DNA of 53,554 nucleotides from Octopus bimaculoides (lineage: Eukaryota), in contig NC_068982.1 of assembly GCF_001194135.2 (NCBI RefSeq), positions 170,527,001 through 170,580,554 of the forward strand, given 5' to 3'. The translations under genes and the position numbers were made by a program. Within the stretch, counting starts at the first letter, position 1, and every line of letters begins with the position of its first letter. This document shows positions 23,190 to 36,335 of this stretch, in pieces. Under the pieces are notes generated by a model. That model did no database searches. It saw only the letters and a list, made by a program, of their open reading frames with translations, and had not been told where the DNA came from.

Positions 23190-23910
23190 GGCATCGGGGA
23201 GATGAAAGGCAAAGTTAGCTATAGCGAAATTTGAACCCAGGACGTAAAGAACCGGTAAAATAGGGCAGGGTATCGTTTAGATATTTTTGTTTCTACCAGT
23301 CCACCGACATAACTCTTAAACGATGGACACCATCAACAGCTGCTTCATTAGTGAAAGATTATTAGTTGATGTTTCAAAACTTTTATATATCATTAGAGGA
23401 AAATGGCTATTCCACGGTACTTTTCGATAAGATTGGTAATTTAATTGTGCGTGGAACTAACAATTATTATAGTTTGTGTACTTATTTTATGTGAAAATAA
23501 ATATAAAAACTACCCTTAAGTTAAAGTAAATTTTTAGTCCATTTGGTACATACATTAATGCTACCCTTCATTGCCGTTTAAGGCTTAATAAATCTTATTT
23601 ATGTGGAAGATAAGCGATTTTATGAGTAATGAGGTACTCAAACGCATCAACTGCAGTACTTTGCTGGTACATTATTTTATCCAACCGAAAAGATGACAGG
23701 CAAAATTAACCTCAGTTGGATTTAAAGTTAGAATTTGAAGAGACAGATGACATATTCACAACTACATTTTTTCCGACTATGTTTCTTCTAGGTCACCGTC
23801 TTCTCCACCGCCTTAATTGTTTGTAAATATAGTCTCAAGGGCAGAAATTTTGTTCGAGTGGAACAGTCGACTATATCCAACCACCCACTTGCCTGGTGCT
23901 TTATTTTATC
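23190..23910 (-). mobile_element. Three degenerate SINE family A fragments (~23190-23330, ~23640-23770, ~23820-23910)
   Basis: gatgaaaggcaaagtt...aaatttgaacccaggacgtaaag and ctggtacattattttatc...gatgacaggcaaaattaacctc are reverse complements of the core. Confidence 0.55.
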
Positions 23911-25199
23911 GCTTCGGAATATTAAATGCATTAAATGCACCACCTAATTTACTTTCGCTATTTAAGCTTCTAATATTGATTAAGAAGAAAAATTATATAA
24001 GAAAATATAGTTGCTGCAATTTCTCTGAGTATTTTCTACTGGATATAGCATTCGGGCGAAGAAGTAACGAGACAGGGCGATATAAAGTGATATAGGGAGT
24101 GGGAGTGAAACAGAGAGCGAGAGAGATAGAGAGAGATAGAGAGAGAGGGAGAGAGAGAGAGATAGAAAGAAAGAGAGATCATGCAAGAATACAGATGCCT
24201 TGAGGCATTGGAGGGACAGTCACAATCGGGCGAATCTCCTATCATTGCGGCTTTCTTCTTCCTTTCCCCCTCCTACTTTGTCGCCACATGGACATTTCAT
24301 TATGCCACTGTTGCCCTGTATTTTTTGCGAATTTGATTTTGTTCATTTATATTATTTTTGTATTATGCTGTGAAGGAAGGCTTCTCCGCTACGACCAGTG
24401 AATCAGTATGATTGGATAATGTTAATACGGTTTACGTCTCATTTGAATGTTCTTTTCTTTTTTTCTCGTTTCGTTTTAGATATCGTACTTTTGTTTGATA
24501 GCGGATAAATAGAAAGACGTGACATATGGCTAAAGCAGGTGAAGACTGAAGTGGAAAGAAGGGACAAATGTATTCATCACAGAGTAATGAAAGAAAGAGA
24601 ACATATCAGTTTACTTAACAAGCGAACTTCACTTATTCATTTACACAACAAGAAAACTTTCATAAATTATAACTGCTCCTCCTATAAAAGTTTTACTCTC
24701 TGAAAAATACTGTCAAATGAAAATGTAGGCCAGTTCATATAAACTGTTATATCATTGCAATTTGTTTGTTATTATATATCGCATTTTACATTTCTATCCT
24801 TTTGTTTATTTCTTTCGTTATTACATTAATATCTACTTGTTTCTCATTTATTTAATAATTTTGTTGCTGTTTCTCGTTGTTCTTGTTATTCGAAGCTTAA
24901 TTGTTATATAATTGATTTGGAACCACTTATAGAAAAATATTCGTTTCTTGAATATCAATACAAGTTAGAAAAAATAACAAAATAGTGGGAAATTCTATGA
25001 AATCACTTCATTGTCGAGCGGAAACTATATATAAAAAAAAAGCTCTCAAGTTAACAATAGACAGATATAAGAATGTTTCTGCATCGTATCCAAAGGTTAT
25101 ATTTTTACATAAAGAGGAGATATGTTGGCAGAGAGTGAGATGAGGTACTTGTGGAAGTGGAGGTTCTGAAAACAAAGAGACAGAATGAGAAATACAGAA

Positions 25200-25307
<108 letters not shown>

Positions 25308-27929
25308 AAAACTTCCGAAAATAGAATTATTCTAAAATTCAAAATGGTGGATTACCTGAAGGTTAAAATACATAGAAAATCAAAGGAAATTGAAGTTTAA
25401 ACAGAAAGCTAACAAGCCTATGTTTTCTTTATCTTTATATTCTTATTATGTTTTTGTAATTCACTTCACTCTGACGGGAATTCTGTTCTTACAATCTCAA
25501 AGAGAAACTTCCTATCAAAAGAGAGAGATAATATTTTTTTGAATTAAGTTGTATTGCTTCTAACACTGAAATATTAATTAAAAACATTCTTAAAACTAGC
25601 TTATAAACAATGTAGAAATTTTCAAGATTTTAAAGTTGTTTTAAAGATTTTAGTTTTGTTTATATATCTTTTTTTCTTTGTTTTCCAATACATAAGAGGT
25701 TATTCCGAATCAAATACACGATGGTAGAAGAGCTGATGGTATGTGAGATGGTGTGTTATTGTGTGTGTATGAAATAGCAATTGTTTCTAACAAATATTGA
25801 AAACGTGTGATAGAATCCAATATAAAGCAAAAGACAAACGTAAGCGAAAATTCCAATTAATTTATTTCGGCGAAGTAATATTTCTTTACCATTCTAATTA
25901 TTTCTCGACATAAGGAATAAACCTATTTTTTTTTATATACTGTGCATATTATTAGACTGCTGAATTTATTTGCTCCACTATAACACAACAAGTTACACAA
26001 TTATTGACACGTCAATTTTCAAGATCGCTACTGTATCAACAAGCATTTCTCTTTCAGCTTTATAAGCTGTGCAAGGTATACCTAAATGGCTTGCGTGAAC
26101 ATGATTTTACTTGCATCATATTGCTACTTCTTGATTAGAAACGTGCAAATACGCCTTACTACTTTAAAATTATTCGTCTCCCAATTTATAAAATCCTATA
26201 TACGAACAGTAGTTTACTTTAAAAAAAATAACACGTTAAAATATCAAAAATTACTGAATACCTTATTAAACGTATAACTAAGCATCGTTTAATTGAACTT
26301 TTGGAAATACTACAGGATTCACATTGACTTTCATATTACGCTGAAATAAAATGGTCTCATGTTGATGTTAGATTTACCTTCCCCTTTTCAGAAACGAGAA
26401 AATGAAGTATTAAGCAATGTCAGTTAAAGAAGTTGATATAAATTTCTTCCTTTCACTGAAGGATTTGGTTTTATGGCTATGTTAGAAAAATTATTATTTG
26501 ATAATAAATTAAAAGACATAATCTAATTATAAAAGCATAGCTGCTTATGGGAATTGTTAGAGAGGCGAACAAAATGAATTATGACTTTGCCTTTGCCTTT
26601 CGTGTTTTGCCATTCAAGATAGTCGACACAAAAGTACCAGTCAAGTACTAGGCCAATGGTATCGGTTATCTCCCCTCTCTAAATTTCAGGTGATGTGTCT
26701 ACGCTAGAAACAATAATTATTGAACATTTCATTGCATTATTAACATTTATCAGGAACTAGGGTTATATGTGGGTAAATTTGAAATAACAAACATTTGGTT
26801 ATAATTGTCTTCTCGTAAATTCAGTCCCTGCCTTTCGCTGACTGACTGTGTGGATATATATGTCTCCAAACATACTTGAATTACTCGCGCGCGCAAAAAA
26901 AGACAAACAAAAAATGAGTCAAAATATTACTATTATATCTTCCTCACCACATACAAATAATTTATTTCAACATTCTTATAATCAAAAAGAAAAAGAAAAA
27001 GAGGGGATGAGGCATGAGATTGATGTCAAGACAGAAAACTTTATATCTGACAATTATCAAGGGTTTAAATTAAATTTGAAAATTAAAATTACTTTCAGCT
27101 TTTAGACAGTTTGATATATTACAAATGTAGTTTATATAACCACAGCCCGGAAGATGAAAGGCGTAGACAATCTCTGCCTTAAAATCAAAATGTTACTGAA
27201 TTATAAAGGCGAATGCTGAAATATACAAAACAAAATAATTATTGTCGAGCATCTATGCAGCCAAATCTTTCTCAACTCACATCCTACCATCTTAGCTGTA
27301 GTTTTGAAAACAAAACAAATGCAAGATGGGTTAAAGCTGAAATACTTTACATTATAAGCCTGTTAAATCAAGGCCGCTCGATGTATGTGGATGGGAGGTA
27401 CACAATACTGTAACTATCTAACTTTAATTGTTTCTACTAAACTATTTTTATAATAGATTTATGGACAAAAATTACGCAAGTTGATACAATGGCAAAAGTT
27501 TAAAATGACAGTCTTCCTTATTATTATGTTTTACTCAGTAATTTGAGATATTTCACTTTATAGGTAGTTTATATTTGATATTAGACTGTTTAATATCAAA
27601 ACTGTTGTGTATCCTTTTGAATCTAGTCATATTTTCAAAGATATATATAGTTCCAGAAATGACATGAATGCTACAGATTCCGAATAGAAACAGTGAATTG
27701 TAGACGGCATAAGATAGCATTAAAACCAATGCTACTTGTATATTTCCTTGAAATTCCTACATATCTCACTGGCAAAAACTAGAAAACAAAAATTCATACT
27801 AGGTCGATGGAATAGCTTATAAAGGCACACTGTATAAAAATTGATTCTGTGTCTACTTAGGCTCTGTGAGCATTACGGTGGCAATTTTATTCAAGCAATG
27901 ACTCGAGACTTTTGAAAAACTGGAGGTAG

Positions 27930-28780
27930 TTAAATTCCACCCTCTAACACATATTTCAGCCAAAAAAGCATAATTAATATTTCTAATTTAGGTTTATGGT
28001 CAGTAATTTGAATGAGGGGTGTTAGTAGATAACTTAGACGGAAATACCTGGTCAATATTTTATGTTATCATCCCGAAAGGATGTAAATTAACAAACTTGG
28101 CCGATATTGGCACTATATTCTATTAACTCCAAAAGAAAAAAAAATTAATCCGGCGCGGTTCGAAATTAGAATGTAAAGCTACGTAACAAAATCCGTCCAA
28201 CGCTCTAAATTTTCTGTCATTTTACCGTCCTCATAATAATTTCTAAGCTGGACATTTTCTGAAGCCAGCAGCCAATTAAATCAACCCAGTACAGGGAGGA
28301 ATGTTGTATAACACATTTGAAGAAGGTAGAATTAAACTTAGGGCATAAATACGCTAATATATTTCATACGAGGATTCCTGATCTGCACATTTACGCTTTT
28401 ATAATAATAACGTTCAGCAATTTTGGGGAGAGGGGTGAAGTCGATTACCTCGTCCTTATTTTATCGACATCAGCATAATTTGAAATGAGAACATAAATAG
28501 CCGATAGAAATATCACTAAGCATGTAGTCCGACGCCTTAATGTTTCTACCGGCTCACTTCCTTAATAGTGTAAATAACAATCCTTTCTAATATAGGAACA
28601 AAACTTGAAATCTTGAGCGAGAGGGGCCAGTCCATTACATCTTCCCCACTGCTCTGATAGTACTTATTATGCCCACCCCGAAAGGATGAATGGCAGAACT
28701 TGAAACCAGAACGTAAAACCGGATGAAAAGCCGCTAAACAGTTGCGCTGGCATGCTAGCGATTCTGTCAGTTCGCTTCCT
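27930..28780 (-). mobile_element. Cluster of about 4-5 degenerate SINE family A copies, all on the minus strand
   Basis: Repeated reverse-complement cores, e.g. cccgaaaggatg at ~28072 and ~28678 and ccgctaaacagttgcgctggcatgctagcgattctgtcagttcgc at ~28731. Confidence 0.6.
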
Positions 28781-30895
28781 TAATAATGATAATAATAATG
28801 ATTTTTATTATTATAAACTAGAATGTCGTTCGTTTTATTTTAGAAACTAAACACATCGAAGGTTGCAGTAGGAATGGTTGGAATCATAATAATAGCATGT
28901 AAAATTAATTTAAAATCTTTTCATGAAATCAGAGAAACAAAAAGAAGTCATCACTCGAAAAGTAAAATAAAAAATAAAAATAAGGCATCATATAACAGCT
29001 ACAATAATAAACTAACAACATTGTTGTTAGCATTGTGCCAATGCATCAAATCAATATTTACACATTTGTCTAAAGTCAATGGAAAATTTTGAACAACCAA
29101 TGATAGGAATCTCGGTCTCACTGTTGATTAAAAAAAAAAGAAAAACTTCCCTGGATTTGCTTTTCATTTAGAAGTTTTAATTCCTACATTACTAGGATGC
29201 TTTCCTTGAATGGAAATTGTTGCAACGAAAAAACAAAAAAAAAAAAAGAAACTATTTTTTTTTAATCACAAAGTGAAATTTGACCACCAATCGAAATTCA
29301 ATGACAAGCGGGAATTCGAATGAGAATTGACATATTTTACTGCGTTCTTTTTTCATTTCTTCCCCTTGAGGTTGACTGATTTCTAGTTGGATTCGAATTA
29401 CATTTCTCAGTCCTACTATGACATGACTATAGTAATATATTTCAATTAGAAACATATAATAGAAACGCTGGGGTAAAAACTGACAGAAAACAAATTTATG
29501 AGAATTTCTATTTATCTGGAGGATTAAAATGAATTGAGTCAGATTCCAACATTTAACAGAACAATATCGGGGATTTTTTTAATTCAAGGGTGAATATTCA
29601 AATGTGAATGCGCGACATTTCAATCTTTCCCAAGAGGACTAGTGGCATACATAACGTGAAATAGATATAATTAGTCGAAGCAGCGGAAATTAAAACTAGA
29701 TCGTGGGTCAGCGTTCACTAGTAGTTTTCTTCTATTTCATGGAATTAAGCACCAAGAATATAACAGTATTGCAGAAACATAATAAAGCATTCCCCATGCA
29801 CGGCATTTCAATTCAAAGAATAGAATTTCTTCCATTGGAAAGATGGAAAAAGAAAAAGAAAATATAGAATCTTCTGCGCAGGTACTTGCCTGAAATAGCA
29901 GCAAAGTCATTTTCAAATTACACTCTGCCGTTTTAAATACTGATAAGCCCTATGGAATAATGCAGTTTTCGATACCACTAAAAATACAAGGCGGAGTCAT
30001 TATGGGTGATGTCAAATATATATTACAGATGTTGAAATTTATTGATTTCTGACAACGAATAAGAGATAAGACAATGAATAAGAGATAACACTCTGAAGTT
30101 GGACCCAGAATATTTTCAGTAGAAAATATTGTAAAATTATCATAGTGATTATAATTTTCGCCAAAGAATATAACGTATCTCATTCTAGTTATGAATTATG
30201 CAGCTAAAAATATATGAAAAAGGTGCCGGTATGTAGAAGACACTTCACGTAAAAGGTCTGATGCGATCAAATATACTAAATACAGCGAACAAGTCAGATA
30301 GCTCCAACTACCTTATACAATTCGCCTTATTGTCACTGATGCTTTAGGATAATATTTACATATGTTTACTTTCTTAGTTATTAAAATGGTTTGTAATTTA
30401 GGCAGAAAGCCAACAATTTGAGAGAAGAGGCTAAGTAGGCTTTCTCAACTTTGATTCATCACGGAGAGATGAGATTCAAAGTTGACCAGGGAGGCATTTG
30501 AAGTATGTATCGAAGAAGCACTTTAAGGCATTTTATCCGACATTTTAAAAGTCTTGAAAATGTCATGTAAATGAATCATTACGTACAATATTTTATAACA
30601 GCAATAATAATAACATCTGGCTTACATATATTGCAGAACGATACAGCAAATGGAATTAAGTTAAAATGAAAATCAAAACGTCAAATTCTTTCCTAAGCAT
30701 ATTGCTCCGACTGTATATGTAATTAGTTTATCTGCAGTCACATTACGACAGGCGTCATATAAGAACGTTTTTTTTTTACGATTATTAAACATAATATAAT
30801 CAGAGTGCATTGCGTTGAGAAATTATAAAGTGATAATTTTCCCCTGGTAAAAACCAGACGAAAAGGGTCTCTCTGTCTCTCTGTCTCTCTCACAT

Positions 30896-30957
<62 letters not shown>

Positions 30958-30992
30958 CCCTCCCCCTCTCTCTCTCTATATATATATTCATA

Positions 30993-31029
<37 letters not shown>

Positions 31030-31056
31030 GATAAGGAAAGAATTCTTCTTGAGTTA

Positions 31057-31205
31057 TATAGACTCATAGGACCGGTTTCTCGATTTCCCGGTTTCCGTGG
31101 AGCATATATATCCCTCTACCTTAGACGTAACGGCTGTCAGTCGCAGGATTACTCATCTTACCCAGTTGAGTGGACTGGAGCAACGTGAAAAAAAGTGTTC
31201 AGGAC
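31057..31205 (-). mobile_element. SINE-like fragment (third family) with a gaaaccgg...cctatgag 3' end
   Basis: Reverse complement ttcacgttgctccagtccactcaactgggtaagatgagta...ggaaaccgggaaatcgagaaaccggtcctatgagtc resembles the central and 3' segments of metazoan tRNA SINEs. Confidence 0.45.
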
Positions 31206-31639
31206 GAGAGAGATGGGTTGATAGAGAATTTGTTAACAGAATTAGGAACTTAGAAAATGGTTGTTTTTGAAGTAACTAAAAGAAAAAAAAAAAATTCTAG
31301 TGTTGACTTCTCTTTTAGGTTTCTAAGTAGCAATGGTCTATGCACAATTTGCCGGGTATTCCTGTACTTATATACTCAGTTTTATGTCCTTCAAAAATTC
31401 TAAATCTTTCTAGTTACTGTATAATTTATCAGTCACATTTCGACTAGGTTTAACTGAGATCAGTTAAGAGTGAAACAACTCTAAATTCGTTGCCTTCCAA
31501 TATAAATGTAACAGAGTACACATTGCGTTACATATTAAATTAATTGAAAGGAATAAAATATTTGTACTAACCTTACTTTCCAGAATTTTTCCTTCCAAAT
31601 TTAACAGTTTCATTGAAAGTAATAGCATCTGCTTTAATA

Positions 31640-31853
31640 TTGATTTCAAATTTTGGCAGAGGCCCAACAATTTTAGAATCGGGCATAAGACGATTATATC
31701 GACGTCAGTAACTCAACTGGCACTTATTTTAAAGACCGCCAAAGGATTAACGGTAAATCGACCTCGGCGAAATTTGAACTCTGAAGGTAGAGACAGACGA
31801 ATCTCCGCTAAGCATTTTGCCCCGCGTGCTAACGATTCTGACAGCTCACCACC
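31640..31853 (-). mobile_element. SINE family A, near full length
   Basis: ccgctaagcattttgccccgcgtgctaacgattctgacagctcaccacct is the reverse complement of the head; the core is present. Confidence 0.75.
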
Positions 31854-31884
31854 TGAGCCATTGCTTTAATATTAAGTGGTTATA

Positions 31885-32088
31885 AGGCTGCGAGATAGCA
31901 GAATCGTTAACACGCCAGGCAAAATGCTTAGCGGTATTTTATTTGTCTTTACGTTCTGAGTTCAAATTCCACCGTAATCGACTTTATCTTTCATCCTTTT
32001 TGGGGTCGATAAAATAATGCACTGGGCTCGATGTAATCGGCTTACCTCCTTCCCCGAAATTGCTGGCCTTGTGCCAAAATTTAAAACT
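31885..32088 (+). mobile_element. SINE family A, full length
   Basis: aggctgcgagatagcagaatcgttaacacgcc...gagttcaaattcc (B box)...tcatcctttttggggtcgataaaataa...cttgtgccaaaattt. Confidence 0.85.
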
Positions 32089-32779
32089 TATATAAAGTGC
32101 TTATACAGTAGGCAACACTCGGTATTTTTCCAAGTCATTCTTCTAAATTGTAACACCACTGTATGTTTATCCGCCAGAAAGTCTTATATCACTCTTTTAC
32201 TTCAACGGTTTATCATTCATAGTTAGAGTATATTTATCTGAAAAGTCTCCTTCGGCCAAATATGTCAAATTGAAAAAGATCAGAATCATTCTCATTACAT
32301 ATCTACTTTTAAAGATTTTCATAAATTAAAATTTCAGTATTCATTCTCGCTCTTATGCTGTTGCTTTTGAAGCAAGGAAAGACAGAAAGGCATATACACA
32401 TGTATATACATGTATATATGAATAAATAAATAAATATATACATACATATATATATATATATATATANNNNNNNNNNNNNNNNNNNNNNNNNNNNNNNNNN
32501 NNNNNNNNNNNNNNNNNNNNNNNNNNNNNNNNNNNNNNNNNNNNNNNNNNNNNNNNNNNNNNNNNNNNNNNNNNNNNNNNNNNNNNNNNNNNNNNNNNNN
32601 NNNNNNNNNNNNNNNNNNNNNNNNNNNNNNNNNNNNNNNNNNNNNNNNNNNNNNNNNNNNNNNNNNNNNNNNNNNNNNNNNNNNNNNNNNNNNNNNNNNN
32701 NNNNNNNNNNNNNNNNNNNNNNNNNNNNNNNNNNNNNNNNNNNNNNNNNNNNNNNNNNNNNNNNNNNNNNNNNNNNNNN

Positions 32780-33010
32780 GTCTTGGTTTGTGTTTGCCAC
32801 CTTGGAATCCTCTGTGTAGTGGGTTGATCCACTACTCAGGAAGAGACTATTCTAGAGTACGTTCTGTCTTATCTTCGAAACGTCTAGATAGAATAGAGAC
32901 AGCTGATGAAGGGATATTCCAAGTGGCTTTCCGTTTTCCTATGTGTTCGTTCCGTTGTCTGTAGTTTATTGTTCTAACGTCCTGTACCCTGATATGCATG
33001 TATATACACA
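32780..33010 (+). mobile_element. Fragment with hammerhead-ribozyme-like core motifs; probable Penelope-like or retrozyme-derived repeat
   Basis: CGAAACGTC at 32876-32884, CTGATGAAG at 32903-32911 and a variant core CTCAGGAAG at 32835-32843, with 3-4-bp stem I complementarity (see findings). Confidence 0.45.
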
Positions 33011-33175
33011 TGTAGATGTAAGTATGTACATATATGTGTGTATACATGTATATATATTCTTTGTATTATTATATATATATATATATATATACATATAAAT
33101 ACATGCATGTATATACATATATATATACATATACATACATGCATGTATATACATATATATATATATGTATGTGTG

Positions 33176-33259
<84 letters not shown>

Positions 33260-33448
33260 TTTGTGTGAGAATTGTTAGCACCCCGGGCAAAATATATAAC
33301 AATTGCAGCGTGGAGGGTGTTTATATGCCATTTAAAAACACGGAAAAAAACCCGTTAATTCACTTCAACATTTAAATTTAATTTGCCGAAATATTTTCGT
33401 CGCTTTCAGACCGTCACCTGTTCACTGACAAAATTCCGTGATCCTATA

Positions 33449-33596
33449 TTCAGTTTCCCTCAGCCAATGCACTCACAAGGCGCCGGTCCTCCTGAGTCTG
33501 AAGTAGAAGACACTATAAGACACAATGAGCCATGCAGTGAGACTAAACCTGGCACCATGAGTTTAAGAAGTAAATTTCTTACTACACAACAACGCC
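33449..33596 (-). mobile_element. 5' half of SINE family B, degenerate
   Basis: cactcacaagg...gtagaagacact...gccatgcagtgagactaaacc; homologous to 20102-20262. Confidence 0.6.
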
Positions 33597-34433
33597 ATAT
33601 ATATGTATTTATGCTCATATTCACGTATCAGTTATATGCGTGTGTGAGTATGATTGCATGTGCATAAATTCGTTTCTATATATCAGCTGTTTTTTTTTTC
33701 TGTTCTATTTATAAAGCATGGTGTCCTTATATTTTGAAGTGTGGAACGAATGACATTTTGACGTTTATGCTTCTTTAAAATGTATATGCCGTCATAATTG
33801 AAGAGAAATTGCTTCAACGCCGATCATTATTATTTTTGTTGTATTAAAAGGGATGAAGGGATGGGCATATGCAGACAAACATTTTATGAAGAGAAAATAA
33901 TAGAAATAGTCTGGTGACAATCGAACCGATTGTTAATGATTAACGTTTTGCTAAATTCCCCCATATATCAACCTGACCGATAAAATTATATACATCAAAG
34001 ACACATTGTGAGAAGTTGCTTTTTTGTTATCCTGTCAAAGTTGTTTACAAGGATGAAATGAATTCAGCAATCAGTGTAGAGTAAGCGTTTTGTCTCTACA
34101 TCTTTGAATTCCAGACTATATCTGAGGTAATATTATGTTATATTTGGGCGGTGAATGTGCAAAAAATATAGAACAAAGCGTCTCGTTGTATTTAGTGACA
34201 TCTCCCTCAAATCTCAGTTCGATTCCTGCCGATATTTACGCTGACTGGATAAAATGGAAACAAAACCATATTAACATAAGCATGTATGACTCGAAAGCTT
34301 TTATTCGTTATGTGAACTGAATTATCCTAAATATTAACCATTATTATTACATCCTTTCGTCAAAGCTTTAATTTCATTCCACACGTATGAACATCTCTCT
34401 CTCTTTCTCTCTCTCTCTTTCTCTCTCTCTCTT

Positions 34434-34468
<35 letters not shown>

Positions 34469-34944
34469 GTGCCGATATATGTCTCTCTCTCTCTCTATAT
34501 ATATGTACATATATACAATATGTCACCACACCTACATACGCACGAAGTAAACAGATGAAAATACAAACTACAAGCAGAAGCTGTAATTACAGCAGTAACT
34601 AACCAAGGACAAGAAACTATTTCCATAAACAAGATATGACCTCGAATGAATAGATAATAAAAAGAGAAGTAGAAAAAGTAAGCGTGTATGAAAGTATGAA
34701 AGACAAACGGGAAATAGAAAACAAACACTCAAAATAACATTGACAATAATCACAGCAAAACACATCATAATAAACAAACAAATAAAGACTGTTTGTTTGT
34801 ATGTTGAGAAAAATTCCTGAAATTTGTTTTTCGACTTAATTAGCTTTATTAAAGAAAGAGCTAATAAGTGAATGAGACACAGAAATAACAATCGCATTGA
34901 CTAATAATATCAAAATGCATTTCTTACATAATGTCATTCATTAT

Positions 34945-34990
34945 TATTGTTGTTGTTACTGCTGCTGCTGTTGTTGTTGTTTTTTTGTTG

Positions 34991-35050
<60 letters not shown>
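34945..35050 (+). repeat. Compound (TGT/TGC/ATT)n microsatellite
   Basis: Read directly. Confidence 0.9.
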
Positions 35051-35052
<2 letters not shown>

Positions 35053-36299
35053 TCAGAAGGCTGTTCTTTAAATAAATGTGTAAGGGAAAAACGCAAGACT
35101 AAAATAAAAGGTGAAAGAAATAGAAACGGAAAGAAAAATTAAATACATTCGATATGAAAAGAAAAATATAAATTCTGCTGACTTGAGTTGATCGATTGAG
35201 TCAGTCTAAGAATATTTTAAAATACTGTGGAAAAAAATAATCAGAAATATGTGAAATAGAATGAGAACAGAGGAGAAGAAAAAGAAATGAATGAAAATAC
35301 TTCTGACTAAGCAAATCAGACGATATCAGAGAGCGAAAACAAAACATGGCGGATGTAAATGTCTGTTATAGGTGTTTTGTTGAGTGGCAGGAGTGAAAAA
35401 GAGTTGCTGGAGTGAGAGAATACCTAGGATACATATACATACATACATACATACATACAGTTTTTGCGAGAGAGAAAGAAAGTGAGGAAGATTGGAAAAT
35501 GAGGAAGAAAATTTCAGAAACAAAGCTTTTCTGAGGGAAGAATTTTAGCGTGCCAATGTATGGGTTTGGATGAATGTTCGTGAGATAAAAAATGGGAGTG
35601 CTGAGAGGAAGAATGTGCGTGTTTGAAAGATGAAAATTATTTTGATAGTGGTGGAGAGAGGGTAAGGTTAGAATAAAAGTGTGGATATGACAATATGGAA
35701 AAAAAAAATATGCGGGGAAAAACAAGAGACGGTATCGCGAGTAGAAAGACAGAGGAAGGTCTAGCGATTAAAATGGGGGATATTTATAGAGAAAGCTATA
35801 AAGGGAGTAACTTGAAGAAACGGTGTTGCCAGTGAAGAGAGATAAATGTTGTTTCTATTGATATTAAGATTGCCGTGATTGTTGTGTGTTATCTTGTTCA
35901 AGTTGCTGTGATTATTAATGTGGATGTTGTACTTTGATATATTTTTTTTATTATTGTTGATTACAAGAGAGATTGTAAAGAGATTGAAAAGAGATGAGAT
36001 GCATAGCAAGAGGAACTGTGATGTGAAGAATGGAGAGAAACATATTGGGCGAAGTGAAATAAATTACCAAAGAAATCGAGATTGTTAATGAAAGAGAGGA
36101 AACATTGAATCAATCTAATTCACACACACACACACACACACAGNNNNNNNNNNNNNNNNNNNNNNNNNNNNNNNNNNNNNNNNNNNNNNNNNNNNNNNNN
36201 NNNNNNNNNNNNNNNNNNNNNNNNNNNNNNNNNNNNNNNNNNNNNNNNNNNNNNNTATATATATGTATGTATATATGTATGTATGAGTGTGTGTGCGTT

Positions 36300-36335
<36 letters not shown>

